The notes beneath the pieces are model-generated. The model saw only the letters and a list, made by a program, of their open reading frames with translations. It was not told the DNA's origin and did not search any database. Shown here piece after piece: positions 29,701 through 41,700 of a stretch of DNA of 64,000 bases (the first letter of the stretch is position 1; each line of letters opens with the position of its first letter). The stretch is from contig CAXXJJ010000004.1 in NCBI GenBank assembly GCA_963667015.2, positions 3,328,001 to 3,392,000 on the forward strand. Direction: 5' to 3'. This DNA comes from Desulfatiglandales bacterium (GTDB lineage Bacteria; Desulfobacterota; DSM-4660; Desulfatiglandales; HGW-15). Made by a program: the position numbers and the translations under genes.

Positions 29701-32700
29701 GCTTCCACATCATTTACGATATTATTGATCGTAACGGAAACACCCACTCCAACCGTTGCACCTTTAGTTGTTGTACCGGTATATGTAACAAGCACATTAT
29801 CAGTATCCGCATCAACGTTTATATTGCTCCTGGCATATACTACTGAATCGTCCCCGATTGTTGCAGTGGAGGTGTTTATTATATCTGTAGATGTTCCAGC
29901 GCCTGTCAGGGCCAAAAGACCCTCTGCAGCGCCTCCCGCTGCTGTCAGGTCTATAAGCAGGTTATGTGTAACCGCCTCAACCTGTACATTCTTTTGGGAT
30001 GAAACGCGTGCATTGTCACCAATGGTAGCTGTAGCAGTATTGGAATATGTTGTCTGCTGGAAGTTTATCCCAAGACCGCTTCCCCCGCTTTTAGTTGGGA
30101 AAAGCAATTGACTTTCCAGCCTTTCGAAGAGATCGTTTTCTGCAGTGCGCCCCTGCCCTCTCTGACTTATATCAGTAAGCGTATAATAGGCTCCGATTGG
30201 CAGTCCTACAATCGGCAGCGCGCTGTTTGCCCTGCGGGCTTCCTTTCTCTTAAGAGCCCTCTGCTGTTCCGGTGTCAACGCCGCTTTTTCTGCAGGTGTT
30301 AATGTTTTAGCCGGCGTAACTGTGGGCATGATGGTATTTCTGCCCAGCAGAAGATTTACAATATTAAGGCTGGGGAGGCCGGTCATATTAATCGACTCAA
30401 CAAAGGAGTCTGCCTTTACAATAACATCCTGACCGGGTGACAGGAGGATCTGATTAATTTCTGCATTATCCCCGATTCGGGCATTTGCCTCGTTGGTTAC
30501 AAGAAATACATTTACAGATCCGGAGAAAGCCACAGATTTATCAACACCTGAATTTGGGGTGGTGTTCTGGGTTTCAGACGATTTTTTTGCCTGGGCATCT
30601 GTATAATTCTTGTCAGCACCTGCCTTGGAGCTGGCGGTTACAAATGTTGTTGAAAGTTTTTGAAAAAAATTCGGGTTTTCCAACAGCTTCGGGAAGAATG
30701 TAAGCAGTTCTTTTAGTTCCGTATTTTTTGAACCTTCTGTTCCGGTACTTCGATCTCCAAAGGTATCAGTAATACCTGCATGATAATTCTGTGCCCCGGT
30801 CGACATGGCCTCTGTAAAATTGGTGATCTTTTCCTGGGCAGCCACAACGATTGTTCCATCCATTATTTTCTGAATGATCTGCTCACCGACTCCTGCCTCT
30901 GAGTCAGATCCCGACGGAAGCTCAATACTGAATTTTGTAAATGGTTCAATCCAGCTTCCGGTATCCACAAAACCGTTTACCTTCTTCTTGAACTCCTCCC
31001 AGTCATCATCAAGTGTAATCTGGTTTGGTATAACCGTATTAGCGGTTACCTTGAGCGTACCCGATACATCAACCTTTGCATTGTCACCAATGATAGCATT
31101 GGAAATATTGTTATAATCACCTACAAAAACAGCAGCCGCACCGCTAACTGACTCTGAAGGTTTATTTACATGGGCATTAACATTGACCTTGATATTCTCT
31201 TCAGCATATCCGTTCACGGTCATGTTTCCGTCATTTACAACAATTGTGGCATTATCACCAATAATGGCATCCGCCTGATCATGACTGATAGCTACTGCCA
31301 CAGCCCCTGATAAATTCGGACCCTTTGTAGGTGCTTCCTTCTTATCTCCAGGATTACTTACCGCTGTTGGCTTCTGGCCGACATTTGCAAAGGATCTCCA
31401 CCATCTTGTTGTCTGGTCACCGCTGTCTTTTCCGGTTTTCAACAGAATCTTCTTGCTGCCAAGTTGAGCTGTAACATTGATATTATTCTTGTCCGTTTCC
31501 AGCTGATTACCCTGCGGGTCATATTTATCCGCAGATTTATCACCGGTAACAGTTTTTGCCTCAACTGTTAAATCTCCTCCGGTTATTGTCACATCCCCGT
31601 CAATCCGTGCAATAGACGTGGATGATACATCACTAACACCTACAGAGGTTGCAGATCCGAAGGACTGCTGTATGGATTCATATCCCAGATCACTTTTCGT
31701 CATCTTCGGAATCGAAATGTTAAACTGCGCCTCTTTTGAATTTGCATCGGTTCCTGTCCCAAAAAACCGGGTTGCGTTTAAAAGCTCAACACGAACCTTA
31801 TAACTTACGGCTGCAGGTGGTTTGAAAATCCATGTCTGACCGCTGGAACCTGTCTCTGTTGTCGGTGTTGCTGTAAAATATGTACCATTGGGTTTAACAA
31901 GGGTTACCTTATACAGGGGCTTTACCGCTGTGCTGCTTCCTGAAGCGGCTGCAACAGGGTTTATAGTTACCTTAATCTCTTCTCCGGCCTGGCTGGCGGT
32001 AACATTATACTCAGCCTTTGGCTTGGCTTTGGTTAATTTGTTTACCGTTGGCTGAGATTCAGGAGTGGTAGCTGAAACACGAAGATCAAAATTATTGTCA
32101 TTATTTGCCGCTACCTTTGCGCTGCCTGCTTCAATTACTGTCCCCTCGCTTACCGTGGCGCTGGAGTTTGATGAGGCGACAGCAACCCCTACCGCAAGCT
32201 GGAACTTGAATTTGTCAAGCAGGCTTGTATTGCTTTTATTTGACTGCTTTGTCGGATCAGTACCGTTAGTAGAGGGCTTTTTCGTCTGGGTTACAGCTAT
32301 CAGTTTATTTGAAGTTACTGTCAAATGCTCGGTAAGCGTATTTGATACATCTGCGGTTAAACTGAATTCACTTCCGGCATGGATTACAGCATCACCGGTA
32401 ATATCAGCGAAAGCCTCTGCATCCGAGGTAACCACTGTGACACCCACCGAAACAGGTGTTCCAAAAAGTGTCGGAGAGGTTTTAAGACTGCTTTCCGAAA
32501 TGGCTGTTGATTTTATTGTGACATCTCCACCCGCGTTAATAACTACATCGCCTATATCAATTCGGGCTGAAGCGGTTGATTCAAATACCTGCACAGGGGG
32601 TGCTGCTGTAATATCAAACTGTGCTCCAAGAGGTGTTCCCTTTAAAAACTGCCTGGCAAGGGTATTTAATTTTGTAGTAATGGTCGGCAGTATTGTGCTT

Positions 32701-35700
32701 GAAGCAAGAGACAGAAGATTATTTTGTGTTGCGCTGCTTGTTTCAAGCTCTCCGGTTTCTTCTCCAAGATTATTAAGCGTTGTTATTGGGTTTTTATCCA
32801 GCCTGGATGTCTCGACTTCCTGGATAGTAATATATTTGGCATTTTCCTCTTTTGTTATATTTGCATTTCCATATTGCGTTACTTTATCCGAAGCGCTGCT
32901 GTTTTTTGTTTTTGTGTTCTCAAGAGGATCAACTGCTGTAACTACCAGAGTATTATTCTCAGCATCAACCTCCTGTATCCTGAACAGGTTATTGTTGCTT
33001 ATTGAACCGGAAACCAATATGGTTTGACCGGCTTCAAACCCGGCTGATTTAAAATCTTCATCAGAGGCGTCCTCCCATTTAATTTTTGCATGGGTCAATA
33101 CAGGGGGTTCGGTTACAACATTTGGATTGGACTTGGAATCTGCAGCCGGACCTGTTTCTGCAGCGGTGAAGGTCATGGTACCTGTTACACTTGCTATATC
33201 CAAGGCATCAAGACCCTCTGCCAGACCTTCCCTGTAGTATTCATATCCGACAGATCTTTTTGTTGTTGCAGATGTCTCAATATATACATTGCCTGTATCG
33301 GCTATTAACTGAACATTGTTATTTATAATAATTTCAGCATCAGAAACCTTGTCTGTGTAGAACTTCTGTAGGTCATTGACTATATTGGGGTCAAGGTATG
33401 CATTAACCTTGAATATAATATCACCGGTTGTGGACTGAAGCCTTACTCCATCCTCAACAGTGATGGATCTGGCCGATATAAACATTATATCTCCGGTTGC
33501 CTTGAGACTATACTCTGCGTCTGTAACGGTAATGGCGTCAACATCACTCAGTGTAAATCCGCCCGGCAGCACATCGGCTATTGTGTAGGACTTGAAATCA
33601 GGTAAAATATCATCGCCTTCTCCGCCATCAATTACATCCTGACCTATATCAGAACCCGGCGTATCAAGGAGATGGAATGTATCATTTCCGCCTCCGCCTG
33701 AAAGGACATTATCGTATTCATTGCCAATGATAACATCTGCATAGTCGGAACCGATAATATTTTCAACTTCCGACAGAGAGTCTCCCTGGGCATGGCCCCC
33801 GCTATAGGTCCCGGTATCCAGATTGATATTTACTCCAGCATCGGAACCTTCATAGGAGGCAGTATCACTTCCGGAACCGCCGTTAAGCACATCACCTCCG
33901 GCACCGCCTATCAGGATATCATCACCGGACCCGCCGTTTATTATGTCATTTCCATCAGAACCGTTCAGGATATTGTCATTGCCATCCCCTGTAATAATAT
34001 CTGCATAGGATGACCCGGTCACCCCCTCTATATTGTAAAGGGAGTCCCCTTCTGCTTCTCCGCCGGTATAAGTACTGGTTTCAAGGTTGATATTAACTGC
34101 AGATGAGCCTTCATATGATGCGGTATCCACATCCAGGTCATCCGCTTTATCACTGTTGTCAATGAAGTGGCCGTAAAGTTTGTCAGCTCCGGCCCCGCCA
34201 GCCAGTGTGTCGGCGCCCAGTCCGCCTACCAGTGTATCCGCTCCGGAACCACCCTTCAGGATATTATCTCCGCTGTCACCTGTAAGGGTATCATTTCCGG
34301 ACCCCCCTGTGAGGTTTTCTATACTGGCAAGGAGATCTGTACCGGCTCCTGTATCCTGTTCAGTAAGTATTGTAAGATCTACATTCAGATCTGCAGTTGA
34401 ACCTTCGTATGAAACAGTATCTGACCCAAAACCGCCGTCCAGATAATCGTTTCCGCTTATATCCTTAAGGATGTCATCTCCGGATTCACCCTCAAGGAAG
34501 TCGTTTCCGGCTCCTCCGTCGAGAATATCATCACCTGATCCGCCTCTAAGGTAGTTATTTCCGCTGTCACCTGTAAGGATATCATCATGGTCAGAACCCC
34601 TCAGAGATTCTATACTGTCGAAACTGTCGGTTGTACCAAAGCCGTCCGATGCTGTTCCGGTTAAAAGACTCGCATTTACACCGCCGGAGCTAGATACATA
34701 GGACGCAGTATCATATCCGTCACCACCCGTAAGAAGATCATTTCCTCCGCCGCCTATCAGGACATTATCTCCGCTGTCACCAGTAAGCGTATCATCAAAA
34801 TCTGAACCGGTCAGGTTTTCTATGCTGTCAAGGATATCACCGGCAGCTTCTCCGGCTGTACCCGTACCTGTGAAAAGGTCAACGGAAACAGCTCCTGAGG
34901 CATCTTCATAGGAGGCAGTATCCTGTCCGATCTCGTCTGATGAATCTCCACCCTCAATATATCCGTACAGCTTATCAGCTCCTGTCCCGCCGATGAGGAT
35001 ATCTGAATCAGCCCCGCCATAAATGGTATCATCTCCGGCGTCGCCATAGAGGATATCGGATCCGCTCATACCCTTTATAAGGTCATTTCCTCCGCCGCCT
35101 TTAATAACATTGCTGTTAAGATCACCAATAAGAATATCGGCATAGGGTGTTCCGGTAAGATCCTCCACATCGATAAGGGAGTCCCGGCTGACAGTGCCTG
35201 ATGCACCGGTTACAACCGCATCAATGCCGTTAAAAAGAAGAATTTTCCACTGATCACCATCTATAGCTGCTCCATCCAGTGTAATGGAAATTTCACCATC
35301 ATCTACAGCGGAAATATTCATGGAACCGTTAGCCGGTTTTACCAGGGTTATGGAAAAGGTCTCTTCTTTTATATTTTTAATTTTTAAAATATTACTGCCT
35401 TCAACTGTTGCAAGATAATCCGAACCGGCATTCAGATTAATATGATCTGCAAGACCGTTTGCAACATCCAGGAGAGAGAGACCTGAACCCGAAACATCGT
35501 AAAGGTGCTCGCTCCTTATCCCGCTCAGATCGGCATATACACCGCCTGTAGCGTTGCTGTAATCTTCATAGGAGACCATATCCCAGCCGATACCGCCGTC
35601 CAGAGTATCATCCCCTCCCATTCCAATGAGGGTATCATTGTTGTCCATTCCGGCAATAATATTTGCATTTTCATCTCCGATAAGAGTATCACTGCCCACG

Positions 35701-38700
35701 GAACCGGTAAGGTTCTCTATTCCTGTAAAGGAATCTCCTGCGGCATCTCCTGTTGAATTTCCCGGATTTGAAAGATCAACTGTTAAACCTTCTCCGTCAG
35801 CATCCACCTCAAAACTCTGGTAGGATGCGGTATCGGATCCTGTGTCCTCTTCCGTAAGGGAGGTGCTCAGATCACCATAAAGAAAGTCTCCATCCTTACC
35901 ACCGTCAAGGATATCGTTCCCGGCTCCGCCTTCAAGAATATCAACCCCTTCACCGCCATAGAGCAGGTCATCACCGCTTCCGCCGATAAGGTGGTCATTA
36001 CCAGCGCCTCCGATCAGGATTGCATCTTCGTTTCCGGCCGTCAGCGTATCGTCACCGGTACCACCGGTTATATTTTCAATTGAATTTACACCTGATGTAC
36101 CTTCGGGAATTGCCCCCGGATCCGAGAGATCGATTACAACACCAGTATCAAAGCCGGAATAATCCAGGGTATCCGATCCGCCGAAACCATCAATGAAAGG
36201 TGTACTAGCTGAACCAGGCTCAATGATAAAGGTATCATCTCCCTGGCTTCCTATAATTGTGGAGATATGTTCAATTTTTTCCAAAGATCCGGTGCTGTTG
36301 TATGCCGATACCGTGCCGTCGGAATGTATTACAAAGGTTACACTGCCTCCGGCAAGAGAGAAATCAAGCGTATTTACCGATCCGTCGTCAACTTCCGAGA
36401 TTGTGTCATTACCCCATTCATTTTCAAACCTATAGGTATCTGCTCCGGGTCCACCCGTAAGGGAATCATCCCCAAGACCGCCGTTTAAAAGGTCATCACC
36501 TTCGCCGCCGTTCAGGCTGTCATCACCTTCATTACCCCATAGAATATTGTTTCCGGCATCTCCTGTCAGTATATCATCGTGGGTTGAACCATATATATTT
36601 TCAATTCCTTCAAGTGTGTCACTCCCACCAAAGCCGTCGAGAGCAGATCCGCCAAGCTCCACATTGACCCCTGCTGTATCGCTCTGATAGGAAACCGTAT
36701 CGCCTTCGGAGCCTTGGCCTCCTCCCCTGATAATATCATCACCTTCACAGCCTTCCAGAAAATCGTCGCCATCGCCGCCGTCTATTGTATCATCACCTGC
36801 ATTTCCGGCGATCTGATTACCAAGGTCATTTCCTGTAAGGGTGTCATCATACTTGGAACCAACAAGGTTTTCTATTTCACTCAAAGAGTCCCCGGCTGCC
36901 TCATCCCCGATACCCAGAACACCATCTACCAGGCTTACGGTCACAGCATTTTTTGCTTCGGCATAGGTGGCAGTATCAATACCGGCACCACCTATAAGGG
37001 TATCACCCTGATCACCGCCATCAAGAATGTCATCTCCATCGCCGCCTTCTATGTGGTCAGCCCCCTCTTCCCCTATCAGGATATCATCACCATCAAGGCC
37101 GACTATTATATCCAGACCTTCGCCGCCAACAATGATATTGTCGTTATCATCTCCGATGAGCATATCATCACGGGTCGAACCAGCCAGATTTTCTATATTT
37201 ATGAGGGTGTCGCTGCCCTCCTCACCGTTTGCCTGTGGTGTAGCGAGTCTCAGATCAATAGTTACTCCCTGCAGAGCCGTTGCAAAAGAGGCAAAATCAC
37301 CACCGTCACCACCGTCAAGAATATCATCACCAGCGTTACCTCTGAGTACATCATCCCCGAGTCCGCCTTCCAGGAGATTATCATTTTCATCGCCGATCAG
37401 TTCGTCGTTGTAATCTGATCCTTTCAGGTTCTCAATTCCCTCAAGGGTATCTCCCTCTGCAATATCTGATGACCCGCTTTTAGTACTCAGATCTACTGTT
37501 ACGCCCGAGGTGGCGTCTTCATAGGAGGCGGTATCTATCCCTGTTTCATTATCCCCGTCTTTTATATAACCGAAAAGTACATCCGCGCCTTCGCCGCCGA
37601 TAAGGACATCATCACCATGACCGCCCATAATAATGTCATCACCGCTGCCGCCGTAGAGATCATCGTTGCCTGTTCCGCCGGTAAGCTCATCATCACCGGC
37701 AAGGCCATAGAGTTTTACACCGGCATTATCTGCTATAAGGGTATCATTCGCTGCTGACCCCTCAATGTTATGGATATTAATAAATGTGTCGCCAACGGCT
37801 TCACGGGTATTCCTGGATGAGTCATTCATATCTATTGTGATACCAGTCGTGTCACCATCAGCATTTTTATCTGCTGCATCCCTGTAGGAGGCTGTATTTT
37901 CACCCTCACCTCCATCAAAGGCATCGGCACCTTCTCCGCCTACCAGTATATCATCGTCTTCTCCGCCAAATAACTGGTCATCGCCCTCCCCGCCTCTGAG
38001 GAGATCATCCCCGCCACTACCATATATAATGTCATTCCCCAGACCGCCGGATATTATATTTTCATTCGAATCTCCGCTCAGGATATCCTCGAAATCGGAT
38101 CCAATCAGGTTTTCTATACTGGTATAGGTATCACCCTCGGCTTCACCGGAATTTGGGAGATTGCCGCTCAGATCGGCTGTTACCCCCTCAAGGGCATACT
38201 CATAGGATGCAGAGTCATCACCTTCTCCACCGTCAAGAAGATCTTCTCCGAGACCTCCAATAAGTATATTGTTTTCCTCATCGCCTCTTAATTCGTCATT
38301 GTGATCAGAGCCGATTATTCCTTCGACACCTGATATTTCGTCCCATCCGGTGGAATCGCCTGTTTCCTGCTCCCATTTTATAGAAAGGTCTACAAATACA
38401 GGGGTATCTGAAAGTGAATAGGAAACAAAGTCTGTTCCATCGCCGCCTGAGATTATATCATCACCCTGTCCGCCCTGGATAATATCATCGCCGGCCTGAC
38501 CCATAAGGATATTGTCATCCGTATTTCCTGTGATAACATCTCCGTAATCCGAGCCTATTACCCCTTCAACATTTTGAATAATATCAATTCCTGCAGACTC
38601 CGTGTCCTGGGGACTGCCTGAAATGCTTAAATCAATAACCACTCCGCTTTCTGCTTCGGCATAGGAAACAGTATCTGTATCATCATCCTCATCAGGAGAT

Positions 38701-41700
38701 CCCCCAGGTTCAAACCCGTCGATAAAGTCGTCTCCCGCCCCCCCGCTCAGGACATCGCTTCCATCTCCGCCATAAAGTATGTCGTTACCTGCTTCTCCTG
38801 CGAGGATATCATCTCCTTCTCCTCCGAAAACAGTGTCATCTCCCTCTCCTCCGGTCAGTATATTATCCTGATCGTTTCCGGTAAGGACATCATCTCCCTT
38901 TGAGCCTATGACATTTTCAAAATCAATAAGGGTATCTTTTCCTGCACCGATAGTATCCTGTTCTCCGGAGATTGAAAGATTAACCGTAACCGGTGCACCG
39001 GGATAGATATAGGATACTGTATCACTCCCTGCACCAGCGTTCAGGATGTCATCTCCAAGCCCGCCCTCAATGGTATCGTTTCCTGCACCACCAAATACTT
39101 TATCATCCCCGGCATCTCCGGAAAGAAGATCATCTCCGGCCATGCCATAAATTATATCATCTCCCTCACCACCGATGAGCATATTATCCTGTTCATCACC
39201 TGTGATGGTATCATCGTATTTTGAACCAACTGCACCTTCAATGCTTTTAAAGATATCAATACCGGCACCAACGGTATCCTGTTCTCCATCCGCCAGGCTC
39301 AGATCAATGGTTATACCGGTGCTGTCAACATCATTTTGGTAGGAGACATAGGAAACCATGTCAAAACCCTCTCCTCCCACCAGGGTATCGTTTCCTGCGC
39401 CGCCTTCAAGGATGTCATCTCCGCCATTACCTTCAATAAGATCATTGCCGCCGCCGCCTGACAGCAGGTTGTTTCCGTCGGAGCCTTTGATGGTATCATC
39501 TTTGCTTCCGCCTATTACGTTGTGGATATTGTATACACCCTTAGTTCCCTGTGCAGTTCCCGGATCCCCATCTTCAGGCGCTTCAAGATCAACAACAACA
39601 GAAGAGGTAAAGGCGGAATAATCAAGTGTATTAACATCAGGATCAGCATCCGGGTATTTGGTGTAGTTGACTGTTCCGCCGTCGATTTTACCGCTGAAGG
39701 ATTCCCCGTCACCGAATATGAATGTGTCGCTTCCCCCGCCGGTACGAATGACCTCCATCTCGGAAACATCATTTGTCTGATTGGCACCGTATGCTACATG
39801 AAGATCACCAAAACCTCTGATATTTACTGTCAGATCTGCGCTGGTTTCCGAAAAATCCAGTGTATCTGGAATATTCTCAGAAGACTTTTCCTCTGCATCA
39901 TTTATGATATCAAGAATATCAACCGTATCCACAGCCTTGGAAATCCATTCGCTCGCCTTTGTAAGGCCATATTCAACATAATCGACTATATCCACATTTC
40001 CGTCGATATAATCGATAAGGGCTTCAATATCGTCTATTACCGTATCAGATCCCCAGCTGTCTCTGAATTTATAGACATCCGAGCCCTGCGTACCGGAAAG
40101 AAGGTCATTTCCATACCCGCCATCCAGTATGTTATTTCCCAGATCGCCGATGATTATATCGTCATAATCGGAGCCTATTACATTTTCGATTTCCTTAAGT
40201 GTGTCTATATCTGATCCGCCGGTTATCTGGGGCAGAATATCCCAGAGGTTTACAAAAACACCGCTGTCGGAATTGGCATAGGAAATGGTATCGCTCCCGA
40301 TACCGCCTTCCATGATGTCAATTCCCCTTCCGCTTATCAGGATATCATTTCCGCTTTCACCCCTTATTATATTACCGGTATCTGTACCTATGAGATAATC
40401 ATCATAATTTGAACCTGTAAGTCCTTCCATGTTAATGAGGGTATCTTTACCCGCACCTTCACTGGTAAAGACCTTTTCACCGCCTGCGCTGTATCTAACA
40501 ATATCACCGTTGCTGAAACTGTGATCAGCTATTGTAAAAGTGTTTGTGCCGTAGTCCAGGATTCCTCCGTCAGAAGGAGTAAATAATGTCATTTCATCTT
40601 CTTTACTGAATCCGTGAACATTTTGCGGAAGAACAAGGGCAAGTATAATTACCGTGTCAGTCAGGTCTTTCAGCTTGATGGTATCATCATCAAACTTGAT
40701 AATTTTGTAGCTTTCACCATCTGTCAAACCGCCTATGCTGTCGTTTCCGCCTGAGTCATAGGTAATAACCTGACCGTCCGTAAACCCATGCCCTGTTATG
40801 AATATTTCACCCGTATCATAGTCTATGGCGTTTGGTGCCGATGGAGAAAAACAGACTGAACCATCACTGGCTTTAAATGTGTGTGTCCCCTTTGGCGGAG
40901 CCAGGACAATATCAATATCTATACCTGTCCTGCTTCTGAGTTTGAAGGTATCTCCTGAAACACTTATAACCTCATACTCTTGTCCGTCAACAAGGCCGCC
41001 AATACCGTCATGCCCCTCACGTTCTATAATCCACTGCCTCGTATCCTGGGCACCGTCTATACCCAGGTCAACCCTCACTCCGCTGACGGCATCAAAGTAG
41101 GAGGCTATATCTCTGTCTCCCACTATTGTTTCATCTATAAACCCGCCACCGTCCATAAGGTCGTCACCGGTTCCTCCAACCAGGGTGTCCGAACCAAGGC
41201 CGCCGTAAAGCTCGTCGTCTCCGGCGCCACCCCTTATGGTGTTATCAAACAGGTTTCCTCTCAATATATCATCGTAATCCGAACCGGTAACATTGTGGAT
41301 ACCTACAATGTAATCATGCCCGTCAGCTCCTTCACTGTGGGGTACAAAATCGGAAGTATCTTTGATTGCATCGGGTGAAAGGGCAAGGAGATTCAGAAGG
41401 GCATCCTCACCTGACTCGAGATCCAGGCCCAGGTTAACTTCTACAGATCCAGACGCATCCGCATATGAAACAACATTTTCGTCTCCGGCAAGCTTGTTGA
41501 GCAGGTAGCTCTGGATAGTACCGCCATTTGCGATATATGAAATGAGCTCCGGTGCCGAAACAAGAAACTGGTCAGCAATAGATACCGGGTCCTGGAGCAG
41601 GGCTATTATGGTCAGGATATCCTCAACATTCATCCCGCCAAACATGACATCATCGCCAAGTCCGCCGCTGAAAACATCTGCTCCCCCCCGGCCGTATATT

